Assembly: GCF_000010625.1 (NCBI RefSeq) | Contig: NC_010296.1 | Span: 3,630,001-3,662,000, forward strand | Reading direction: 5' to 3' | Origin: Microcystis aeruginosa NIES-843 | Lineage (GTDB): Bacteria; Cyanobacteriota; Cyanobacteriia; Cyanobacteriales; Microcystaceae | Length of the DNA stretch: 32,000 nucleotides | In this document: one piece after another, positions 1 to 6,889 of the stretch | How positions within the stretch are numbered: the stretch's first letter is position 1 | Layout: each line of letters opens with the position of its first letter | Notes under the pieces: model-generated | Told to the model about the DNA's origin: nothing | Seen by the model: only the letters and a program-made list of their open reading frames with translations | The model's database searches: none | Made by a program: the position numbers and the translations under genes

Positions 1-68
1 GATTCGTAGAGTTTTTGCCCTCGCTCGGCTAACTCATCTTTGGGATAACGCCGTTGACGAACTGCCAT
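1..68 (-). CDS. First 22 codons of a third copy of the 91-aa partner-protein family; the gene continues past the left window edge
   Basis: Minus strand from ATG 68..66 reads MAVRQRRYPKDELAERGQKLYES, colinear with MTVRQPRYSKEEFARRGDEIYES of 2423..2698. The same GAGGTCAA SD-like block lies 4 nt upstream in both. Confidence 0.6.
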   Translation of the reverse strand, partial: MAVRQRRYPKDELAERGQKLYE

Positions 69-202
69 CTGGTTGACCTCAACTCAGTATTTTGCCTTAA
101 TTATACTTTGAGTTATTCTAACGAAGTGCTCCCGCTCTACTACTGATGAGCCGCCTCATCGCAAGCCCCCCAGTGGTGCACTTCAAATTTGAATCGGCGC
201 TT

Positions 203-291
203 CAATCAAGGTGCATGGTGCGTTCCCCAAAAATCGATCGCTGGAGCAGTAGGAGCCACATGAGGGAACGTACCCTACAAGATCGGCGATC
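203..291. repeat. Copy 1 of a ~90-bp palindromic repeat (core GTGCATGGTGCGTTCCCCAAAAATCGATCGCTGGAGCAGTAGGAGCCACAT.AGGGAACGCACCCTACAAGATCGGCGATC)
   Basis: Near-identical copies at 979..1071, 2842..2977, 4864..5000 and 5186..5274. Internal inverted repeat GTGCGTTCCC / GGGAACGCAC. Coordinates approximate. Confidence 0.85.
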
Positions 292-646
292 TCACCGTTA
301 AGTCTCTCATTCTAATTTTGTCTTCTTCAATAACTGTAAAGTGTCCATACCAGTCATCCCGCAATGAGATAACCTTGGCAACTTTCTCAGCGACTACAGA
401 TGCAGAAGGTACTCTTATTCTAAACAAAATAATACCAACACTGGCCGGCAACCTTGAACGAAAGGCGAGTTATCCAAAATCTTGATCAAATGTCAAGAGA
501 ATACGATTTTCTGCTTGGGCGCGACTTAAAACTTCACGGTCCGAGATTCCGGGGGATTCCACCCTAATCCACAGGACATCATGGCCATTTTGTCGTAGGG
601 CTTCAACCGCATCAAGGGGGAAATTTTCGTTCGCTAGAAAACGCAT
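275..646 (-). pseudogene. DUF5615-like (PIN-like) toxin partner of DUF433, interrupted by an in-frame TAA
   Basis: ATG 646..644 lies 3 nt after the DUF433 stop. It reads MRFLANENFPLDAVEALRQNGHDVLWIRVESPGISDREVLSRAQAENRILLTFDQDFG, then TAA (472..470), then LAFRSRLPASVGIILFRIRVPSASVVAEKVAKVISLRDDWYGHFTVIEEDKIRMRD in the same frame. The last codons and the stop lie inside repeat copy 1. Confidence 0.7.
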
Positions 647-649
647 CAG

Positions 650-880
650 TTAAGCAGGAATAGCATAGACTTTCTCAGATTTGAGCATTACACTAGCATA
701 GCTAAGACAAGCTTGAATATCTTCTACTGTAATACCTGGGTAGTTTCGCAGAATTTCATCAATACTCCAACCTTGGGCGAGAAGATCGATGATAAATTCA
801 ACCGCAATCCTTGTTCCTTTAATGATAGGTTTTCCCACCAAAATATCGGGATTTAGTGTAATTCGAGTTTCCCAGTCCAT
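650..880 (-). CDS. DUF433 domain protein (antitoxin-like)
   Basis: From ATG 880..878: MDWETRITLNPDILVGKPIIKGTRIAVEFIIDLLAQGWSIDEILRNYPGITVEDIQACLSYA, a typical DUF433 pattern. The longer ORF-track start (1006) lies inside repeat copy 2. Confidence 0.8.
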   Translation of the reverse strand: MDWETRITLNPDILVGKPIIKGTRIAVEFIIDLLAQGWSIDEILRNYPGITVEDIQACLSYASVMLKSEKVYAIPA

Positions 881-978
881 AGCTACATCATTGAAAGTGT
901 TTTCAAAAAGGTAAAGGCTGCGTGGGACGCACCCTACAATATCTCGTTTTATTATAACAGGATTTGGTATCACAACTT

Positions 979-1071
979 CAATCAATGTGCATGGTGCGTT
1001 CCCCAAAAATCGATCGGTGGAGCAGTGGGAGCCACATTAGGGAACGCACCCTACGAGATCGGCGATCGCAC
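979..1071. repeat. Copy 2 of the ~90-bp palindromic repeat
   Basis: Aligns by eye with 203..291. It supplies the last ~7 codons and the stop of the DUF2442 ORF. Confidence 0.85.
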
Positions 1072-1365
1072 TCGATTATTTAACCAACGCTTCAAGGATT
1101 TTTGACTTTCCCCTGATGGTTGGCCAAGAATCAAGTTTTTAGTGCTAATGTCTTCATCTAGTTGATTCCAATGGATTCCACTGCCACCAGCGATCAAGCG
1201 ATAATCATTGCGCTCCTCAATTGAGCCATGCAGGAGCCGAGGATACCATGCCAGGGGAACAGATATAGTGCGCCCATCAGACAAATCTACACTGAGTGTG
1301 TCATCTGTGATGGCCAATTGCTGAATAGCCAATGTTTCAAATACTTCATTCGTTAAAAAAGTCAT
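1051..1365 (-). CDS. DUF2442 domain protein
   Basis: LSVDLSDGRTISVPLAWYPRLLHGSIEERNDYRLIAGGSGIHWNQLDEDIS matches the DUF2442 pattern. It overlaps the upstream DUF4160 gene by 20 nt. Confidence 0.75.
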   Translation of the reverse strand: MTFLTNEVFETLAIQQLAITDDTLSVDLSDGRTISVPLAWYPRLLHGSIEERNDYRLIAGGSGIHWNQLDEDISTKNLILGQPSGESQKSLKRWLNNRVRSPIS

Positions 1366-1583
1366 TCCAGCCTGCTAGTAATTGTTCTTGGTTTTCTTGA
1401 ACAAGTTTTTGAATGCGGTTAATTTCGGTGCGGTTAAATCCTTGGTTACTCTGAAGACGAAGCGGCTGAAGCCAGAATTTAGCGATCTCTCGATCTCGTT
1501 CAACATGGATGTGAGGTGGCTCCGAAGCGATCGCCTGCGTAGCAAAAGAATCGATATGGGCCAACGGTCAACAGCGTGGGCAT
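1346..1583 (-). pseudogene. DUF4160 domain protein with a 1-nt frameshift
   Basis: ATG 1583..1581 opens MPTLLTVGPYRFFCYAGDR (canonical DUF4160 N-terminus). The rest, SEPPHIHVERDREIAKFWLQPLRLQSNQGFNRTEINRIQKLVQENQEQLLAGWNDFF, is in another frame. The switch lies near 1520..1535 (GATCGCTTCGGAGCC). The ORF-track start at 1564 is a TTG. Confidence 0.65.
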
Positions 1584-1673
1584 TCAAAAGTTTTGCTCTA
1601 AATATCTCAAACATAGCTGAATGCCTCGCTGACTGTCAATCTGTGAATATGCTCATGTAGGCCAAAGGCTATT

Positions 1674-1887
1674 TAGGGTCTGCTGAAAAAGTTTTTCGTG
1701 GGGACAGGGTGTGGGAACAGGGTGTGGGGTGTGGGTTTTTACCGATTCTCATCTGGTCAATTACCTAATTTTCAGAGAAAAAGTACCTGAATTTTCCCCG
1801 ATCTCTCCCAGAACTGGTACTTTTTGATTTCCAAAAGGTCTAAAAGTCTTATCCAACAAAGTTTTTAGATTTATTCAGCAAACCCTA
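1674..1887. mobile_element. MITE with terminal inverted repeats TAGGGTCTGCTGAAAAAG / TTTATTCAGCAAACCCTA and an internal G-rich heptamer tract
   Basis: Same element in inverted orientation at 18717..18931. TIR shared with 11273..11489. Confidence 0.8.
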
Positions 1888-1937
1888 TTTAAGGTTAAGA
1901 ACAATACAAGATTAGCGTTCGCAGTTTAGTTCCGAAG

Positions 1938-2010
1938 GTGTTGGATTTCTTTTCGTCAACCCAAGCTACAAGATCAGCGATCTGCTACGCAGTGCCTTCG
2001 GCATCGCACT
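1938..2010. repeat. Composite repeat: hairpin unit (TTGGATTTCTTTTCGTCAACCCAAGCTACA) plus CTGCTACGCAGTGCCTTCGGCATCGCACT unit
   Basis: The hairpin unit recurs at 2790..2824 and, inverted and partial, at 31979..32000. The second unit recurs at 2951..2979 and 4864..4893. Confidence 0.7.
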
Positions 2011-2045
2011 AACGTTCCTGTTAGACCGTGTCTGACGATCAGCTT

Positions 2046-2426
2046 CTAAACTGCGATCGGTAACTCCGAAATCGTAACCAATCCGCCTTTGACTGTATCG
2101 ACTTGCAACCGATAACCGCGCAACAGGCTCATTCCAATCAATGGCTCTGTCTCTGCAGCGTTAATCTCGATTTCTCGATACTGCCCACCCCAAATCACCA
2201 TGCCATCATAGATATCAAATAAGACTTCGCTACCATCGCCCAAGGTTGCCCGATCGCGGTAACTCCAAGACAGTTCAAGTTCTCTAATAGTAGCAATCGG
2301 GAGACTCAAGAACCCTGTAAACCCTGTATCGATCACAGCAGTAATGGATTTAAGTTTGTCGCCGTTCCTCACAACCAAGGAAAGCATTGCTTCGTAATTC
2401 TGATTGACGTAACCCTGCATCATCAT
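2046..2426 (-). CDS. Retropepsin-like (clan AA) aspartyl protease, ~126 aa
   Basis: D-T-G active-site motif in AVIDTGFTGFLSLP. The start is an ATGATGATG run at 2426..2418 that overlaps the TGA (2425..2423) of the upstream gene. The ORF-track start at 2492 would overlap the partner gene by 70 nt. Confidence 0.75.
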   Translation of the reverse strand: MMMQGYVNQNYEAMLSLVVRNGDKLKSITAVIDTGFTGFLSLPIATIRELELSWSYRDRATLGDGSEVLFDIYDGMVIWGGQYREIEINAAETEPLIGMSLLRGYRLQVDTVKGGLVTISELPIAV

Positions 2427-2698
2427 AGAGCGTCTTTCAAACTCCGTGCGCCGAAACGATGAACGGCGCGATAGCCGATCCGAACAACCCAAGGCTGAGC
2501 ATCAGGCAATCGTTCATAAAGTCGCCGAGTCGCAGTCATCGTATCGTCAGCAAGCTCAAACGCTCCAGTTTCGATGTCGATCGCCACAATTCTGCCATGA
2601 TTACCTTCCTCAATTTGGGGGCGCACCTGAGATTCATAAATCTCATCGCCACGTCGGGCAAACTCTTCTTTGCTGTAGCGGGGTTGTCGAACTGTCAT
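2423..2698 (-). CDS. 91-aa conserved partner protein of the aspartyl protease, function unknown (possibly DUF5678-like)
   Basis: Intact ORF with paralogs at 4480..4755 and 1..68, an SD-like GAGGTCAA block, and translational coupling to the protease. Confidence 0.7.
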   Translation of the reverse strand: MTVRQPRYSKEEFARRGDEIYESQVRPQIEEGNHGRIVAIDIETGAFELADDTMTATRRLYERLPDAQPWVVRIGYRAVHRFGARSLKDAL

Positions 2699-2789
2699 AG
2701 ATTTGACCTCTTTTCAACTATGCCCCTTCATTTTACCCTGAGCAATGGAGGTGTCTATCGTTGAGGTGGCGGAGGGGATTAAACTAGAA

Positions 2790-2977
2790 GTTGTTGGGTT
2801 TCCTTTTGTCAACCCAGCCTACATCTGACTTTAACTTGCACTAGGGAACGCACTTAAACCCACAGTAAATGTGCATGGTGCGTTCCCCAAAAATCGATCG
2901 CTGGAGCAGTAAGAGCCACATCAGGGAACGCACCCTACAAGATCGGCGTGCTGCTACGCAGTGCCTTCGGCATCGCA
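2790..2977. repeat. Repeat cluster: hairpin unit (2790..2824) plus copy 3 of the palindromic repeat and the CTGCTACGCAGTGCCTTCGGCATCGCAC unit (2842..2977)
   Basis: Aligned by eye with the copies at 203, 979, 4864 and 5186. Confidence 0.8.
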
Positions 2978-3040
2978 CTACAAATCATCAATCGTTACCA
3001 ACCCACCTTCCGTAAACTGAATCACAAGTTCATGGCTATC
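2978..3040 (-). pseudogene. Detached 3' end of the IS630-interrupted aspartyl protease gene
   Basis: Minus strand reads DSHELVIQFTEGGLVTIDDL-stop (TAG at 2980..2978), colinear with RGYRLQVDTVKGGLVTISEL of the intact paralog. It joins in frame to 4183..4483 once the IS is removed. Confidence 0.8.
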
Positions 3041-4182
3041 TATACTTTGCACGGCTACAACTTGCATTTTTTACTCAAGGACAATAATATAGTTTAAGAG
3101 TCATAATTAGAAGCAAAGCACTCATTAAAAACATGATTAACCTAGAATTCACGGAAGAAGAAAAGAACTCACTGTCTTAGGAAAGATTTCATCATCCCCA
3201 TCCCCGGGTTCAACTGAAGATGGAAGTTCTCTGGTTAAAGAGCCAAAAGATACCGCACCAAAAAATTTGTCAGTTAGCAGGAATCTCGCCAAATACCTTA
3301 TTAACCTATCTTCGAGATTATGAAGAAGGCGGAATAGAAAAATTAAAACAAATCAACTTCTATCGCCCTAAAAGTGAATTAGAGTCTCAAAAAGAAACGC
3401 TCAAAAAATACTTCGAGAAAAATCCACCAGCCACAATAAATGAAGCTGTATATAGGAGAGAAGAATTAACGGGAATAAAACGAAGTCCTACCCAAGTTAG
3501 AAAATTTTTAAAATCAATGGGAATGAAATGTTTAAAAGTAGGTTCTCTTCCTTCTAAAGCTGACCGGGATGAACAAGAGGACTACAAAGAAAAAAAGCTA
3601 GAACCCAGACTAAATGAGGCTAAAGAAGGAAAAAGGGCTGTTTTTTTTGTTGATGCCGCTCACTTCGTCATGGGAGCATTTCTCGGTTTTATTTGGTGTT
3701 TTGAGAGACTTTTTGTTAAGTCACCGAGCGGGCGTAAACGCTTCAATGTTTTAGGAGCATTAAATGCAATAACTCATGAAGTTATTCTGGTTACGAATGA
3801 CACTTATATTACAGCAACTCAAGTCTGTGAACTCCGGTCAAAAATAGCTGCTTTAGGAATAACTATTCCCATCACTCTAGTCTTAGATAATGCCCGCTAT
3901 CAAAAATGTAAAATTGTTGAAGAATTGGCTCTTTCTTTGTCAATAGAGCTACTCTATTTGCCGTCTTATTCGCCTAATCTAAATTTAATTGAAAGGCTGT
4001 GGAAATTTGTCAAAAAGAAATGTTTGTATGGTAAATACTATGAAAACTTTTCTGACTTTTCTTCAGCTATTTATGAATGTCTGAATGATGCCCACCTGAA
4101 ACATAAAAAAGAACTGGATTCCTTGCTCACTCTACGATTTCAGAAGTTTAATAAATCTCAGATTATGAACGTCTAAAGTATA
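3041..4182 (+). mobile_element. IS630-family insertion sequence flanked by a duplicated TA
   Basis: TA at 3041..3042 and 4181..4182. Imperfect TIRs TACTTTGCACGGCTACAA (left) and TACTTTAGACGTTCATAA (right, reverse complement). Single DDE transposase inside; about 1.14 kb. Confidence 0.85.
3220..4176 (+). CDS. IS630-family DDE transposase (DD34E)
   Basis: Motifs DAAHFV, LDNARYQ and, 34 residues later, NLIERLW. An in-frame upstream segment from ATG 3133 (MINLEFTEEEKNSLS) is cut by TAG at 3178..3180, so this ORF lacks the first 29 codons of the family N-terminus. Confidence 0.85.
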   Translation: MEVLWLKSQKIPHQKICQLAGISPNTLLTYLRDYEEGGIEKLKQINFYRPKSELESQKETLKKYFEKNPPATINEAVYRREELTGIKRSPTQVRKFLKSMGMKCLKVGSLPSKADRDEQEDYKEKKLEPRLNEAKEGKRAVFFVDAAHFVMGAFLGFIWCFERLFVKSPSGRKRFNVLGALNAITHEVILVTNDTYITATQVCELRSKIAALGITIPITLVLDNARYQKCKIVEELALSLSIELLYLPSYSPNLNLIERLWKFVKKKCLYGKYYENFSDFSSAIYECLNDAHLKHKKELDSLLTLRFQKFNKSQIMNV

Positions 4183-4483
4183 ATAAAGCAGTTCCAACCA
4201 GGGGTCGCCGCCCTGTGGCAAATACACGAGTTTCTCGCTCCTCACCATTCCAGATAATAATTGCTTTGTGAAGAGGCAGCATTACTTGGCTGTTGTCTGC
4301 TAAATTCGCACGCATATCGTACCTGAAAGGAAGATTCAGTAATGCTACTGCTTCGGGTGGTAAACAAAGCTCATCTGTAAATCCTGTATCTACTACAAAC
4401 TCAATCGGAAAGTCAGCGCGATTTGGAATCCGAAATGGGATAGTGATAAGCGGGTGTCCATTAGCCACAATACCTGAAATCAC
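4183..4483 (-). pseudogene. 5' part of a retropepsin-like aspartyl protease truncated by the IS630 insertion
   Basis: FVVDTGFTDELCLP carries the D-T-G motif. After ...GTALL the ORF reads into the IS end (YFRRS-stop at 4165..4163). Its start overlaps the stop of 4480..4755 (ATGA type). Confidence 0.8.
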
Positions 4484-4755
4484 TTAACTACACGCTCCAT
4501 AACACCCCCACCAAAAGCGGCAGCAACGTTGTAGCCAATTTTGATCCCAAAGAGCCGAGCATGGGGGTGTTTCTCGCTCAATAAGTCAGCAGCGTGTAAG
4601 CCATTTTCATCAACTTTGTAGTCACCTGTTTCAATGTCAATGATAACCATCTTGCCAATGTTTTCTTCAACTTCCACCTCTTGGCGGATTCTGCTTTCGT
4701 ACAGTTTCTCTGCACGTTGAGCAACTTCTTCACGGCTTAAAAGGATTGCTTGCAT
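4480..4755 (-). CDS. 91-aa partner protein, paralog of 2423..2698
   Basis: MQAILLSREEVAQRAEKLYESRIRQEVE...VIIDIETGDY...IKIGY is colinear with the 2423..2698 product. GGAG lies 8 nt upstream of the ATG. Confidence 0.7.
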   Translation of the reverse strand: MQAILLSREEVAQRAEKLYESRIRQEVEVEENIGKMVIIDIETGDYKVDENGLHAADLLSEKHPHARLFGIKIGYNVAAAFGGGVMERVVK

Positions 4756-4863
4756 ATACTAACTCCTGATTACGATTTGACTTCTGGAGACCCCTCTATA
4801 ATATCTCACAGGTCTGTAGGATGAGCTAATGCCCATCCTACTAAGTCTCTATAAGATTGGTGT

Positions 4864-5000
4864 ACTGCTACGCAGTGCCTTCGGCATCGCACTTAAACCC
4901 ACAGCTGCAATCAATGTGCATGGTGCGTTCCCCAAAAATCGATCGCTGGAGCAGTAGGAGTCACATTAGGGAACGCACCCTACAAGATCGGCGATCGCAC
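4864..5000. repeat. Copy 4 of the palindromic repeat, preceded by the CTGCTACGCAGTGCCTTCGGCATCGCACT unit
   Basis: Aligned by eye with the other copies. Module order is swapped relative to 2842..2977. Confidence 0.85.
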
Positions 5001-5185
5001 TGTATAAATTTCAGCTACTTTTGAGCGTAGGCGCTCTCATCGAATTTTATTTTAAGTTAATTATTTGCATAACAATTCCCGAAGAGCCACATTTTTGAAG
5101 ATTATCAACTACTAATAAATAATTAACTGAAAGTCCTTCCCATTATTGTTTCTATCGTTTGTTTTCGGATTTATGCAAGAGGTCT

Positions 5186-5274
5186 AATGTGCATGGTACG
5201 TTCCCCAAAAATCGATCGCTGGAGCAGTAGGAGCCACATTAGGGAACGCACCCTACAAGATCAGCGATCGCACT
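5186..5274. repeat. Copy 5 of the palindromic repeat
   Basis: Aligned by eye. The ORF-track ORF 5187..5423 (+) starts inside it. Confidence 0.85.
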
Positions 5275-5362
5275 TGTGGGACGGATCAACCGTCTCTGAG
5301 CATATAGTCTTAAGTTCAAAGGTCTTGAGTCCATCCTTGTGTTTTTTAAGTCATCAAGGAGA

Positions 5363-5596
5363 TTATGGAGTATTTAAGGCTTCAATAATTCCCGTTATAA
5401 CACAATTAAGAGGGACGTTTTGAAAAGTAGAAGGTAGCTGTTTAATGACATCTGGGTTACTAACATAAATATTAATAACACCATCACCAATTCCTACCCC
5501 TTCAATTCCTGCAATTTGCTGATATTCTTTTTTAACAGCCTTTTTGACAGTCGCTAAATCAGGTTTGCTTTGGGACAATTCTTGATGAGAATTCAT
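5363..5596 (-). CDS. 77-aa protein resembling the N-terminal pro-region of the adjacent serine protease
   Basis: ATG 5596..5594 is preceded by AAGGAG at 9 nt. IEGVGIGDGVINIYVSNPDVIKQLPSTFQNVPL parallels VGVGYGVKISGDTVIDDLALRVYVRSKLPKSQIP of 5627..6592. It lies 30 nt downstream of the protease stop. Confidence 0.6.
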   Translation of the reverse strand: MNSHQELSQSKPDLATVKKAVKKEYQQIAGIEGVGIGDGVINIYVSNPDVIKQLPSTFQNVPLNCVITGIIEALNTP

Positions 5597-5626
5597 AATT
5601 ACCCTCTCCTTGATCACTCTTTACCT

Positions 5627-6592
5627 TTACAGTATATCAATATCAAACCGAGACAGCACTTTATCAATGGGACAAGCAAAGGTTTGATTTCCGCCTCCTG
5701 CAAATAATAATCCCACAGGACGACGAGTCATCGCATCAACAATTAAAGAACCTGAATCTCCTCCTTGACTAAACAAACCATTAACCCCTTGAATGGCTAA
5801 TTGATCTTCAAAATTAGCGATTTTTTGACCAAAGCGGACTCGAACATCTGCCGCAATGTCCATTATTACACCTATTGTGTGTCCTGTTGTACGTCCATGT
5901 TTACGAACAGATTGATATAAAGCAGATGTCATCGGAGGTTGTTGCACATTGCCAATGGTTAGAATACTAGGTCTGACATCATTATTGTTAATAACCTTGG
6001 CGATCGCGGCGTCAATAAAGTTAGGCTTATCATCTAAAAAAATGGTTTCAAAGTCTGTTAATTTAGCAATTGGTTCAGTTCCTTGATCCAATTTACCAGG
6101 TTCAATAATATTATCATCAATTTGAGCTTGATTAGAATCAGCTAAAACGTGATTATTAGAGAGAATAAAGATTTCATTATCATCTCCTGCTGTTTTTTTA
6201 ACTAAGCAGCCTAATGTTCCTGCTGTAATATTAAAATGTCCCACAGAAGTCCCACATTCAACAGGTCTAGCTAAAGCACTTAAGTCATAAACGGGAATTA
6301 CATCGGTGAGTTTACCATTAATTTCTTCAGGAACTTGTTCATTATTAGGAATTTGACTTTTGGGTAATTTAGAACGAACGTAAACTCTTAAAGCAAGATC
6401 ATCAATAACAGTATCTCCTGAAATTTTTACCCCATAACCTACACCAACAATATTGCTATTATTGGGTATTCCACTTAGTAGAGAAGCCCCTACTATTTGA
6501 GGGAACGCACCAAAAATTCTTACTAAAAACTCACCCTTAAAGTTCTTAGCATCTTGTAATAATTCAGGGGTTGGAACTAGACGACTACTCAT
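5627..6592 (-). CDS. Chymotrypsin-fold (S1-like, alpha-lytic/Nal1-like) serine protease, 321 aa
   Basis: Catalytic order H-D-S: SNNHVLAD (H148), FIDAAIAKV (D194), GGDSGSLIV (S280); also GRTTGHTIG. AAGGAG lies upstream of the ATG. No obvious signal peptide. Confidence 0.75.
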   Translation of the reverse strand: MSSRLVPTPELLQDAKNFKGEFLVRIFGAFPQIVGASLLSGIPNNSNIVGVGYGVKISGDTVIDDLALRVYVRSKLPKSQIPNNEQVPEEINGKLTDVIPVYDLSALARPVECGTSVGHFNITAGTLGCLVKKTAGDDNEIFILSNNHVLADSNQAQIDDNIIEPGKLDQGTEPIAKLTDFETIFLDDKPNFIDAAIAKVINNNDVRPSILTIGNVQQPPMTSALYQSVRKHGRTTGHTIGVIMDIAADVRVRFGQKIANFEDQLAIQGVNGLFSQGGDSGSLIVDAMTRRPVGLLFAGGGNQTFACPIDKVLSRFDIDIL

Positions 6593-6614
6593 TTTTTAAT
6601 TAACTCCTTATTTG

Positions 6615-6661
6615 ATAAAAAAACAGGCTTAAAGATCCAGAATAATTAAATCTTTAAGCCT
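6615..6661 (-). terminator. Stem-loop plus T7 tract between the peptide gene and the protease gene
   Basis: Minus strand: AGGCTTAAAGAT-TTAATTATTCTGG-ATCTTTAAGCCT followed by GTTTTTTTAT. The stem is a perfect 12 bp. Confidence 0.7.
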
Positions 6662-6676
6662 AGATTTTAGAAAATT

Positions 6677-6889
6677 TTAGCACGCATCACGACAAAGTTC
6701 TCTGGCTGCTGCCGCTGCTGGAATACAAGCTGCGATAACGACTCCCCCGCTTAAACCGCTGCAAGCTGCTGCTGCCACCGCCGTATCACAACCAATTTTA
6801 CATAAATCTTTTCCTATATTATCAAAAATGCCTTGAGGATCAGCGATCGCTGCTTGCCCACTAGCTACTCCATTACTTTCAATATCCAC
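6677..6889 (-). CDS. Small Cys/Ala/Gly-rich peptide (candidate precursor or bacteriocin-like peptide)
   Basis: The C-terminal 43 residues, DLCKIGCDTAVAAAACSGLSGGVVIAACIPAAAAARELCRDAC, carry 6 Cys. The annotated start is a GTG crowded by GAAGGAG. The frame stays open upstream to 7042 without a canonical start. Confidence 0.55.
   Translation of the reverse strand: MDIESNGVASGQAAIADPQGIFDNIGKDLCKIGCDTAVAAAACSGLSGGVVIAACIPAAAAARELCRDAC

Noticed and set aside
1375-1660. ORFs 1375..1614 (-) and 1382..1660 (+)
   Set aside because: They overlap the DUF4160 locus. The minus-strand one is a third, non-family reading frame over the frameshifted DUF4160 locus (neither the MPTLL frame nor the EPPH frame). 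The plus-strand one is antisense with a low-complexity product.
2446-2764. Plus-strand ORFs 2446..2700 and 2459..2764
   Set aside because: They are antisense to the well-supported 91-aa gene, and their Arg/Ser-rich products are typical of antisense frames.
4293-4487. Plus-strand ORF 4293..4487
   Set aside because: It is antisense to the aspartyl protease fragment carrying the DTG motif.
203-5274. Five similar ~90-bp repeats considered as a possible CRISPR array
   Set aside because: Spacing is irregular (about 0.2 to 2 kb) and contains protein-coding genes. The repeats are long, internally palindromic and modular, and no cas genes are present. They behave like REP/MITE-type dispersed repeats.
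5187-5423. Plus-strand ORF 5187..5423
   Set aside because: It starts inside palindromic repeat copy 5 (the same MCMVRSPKIDRWSS translation arises from every copy) and runs antisense into the 77-aa gene.
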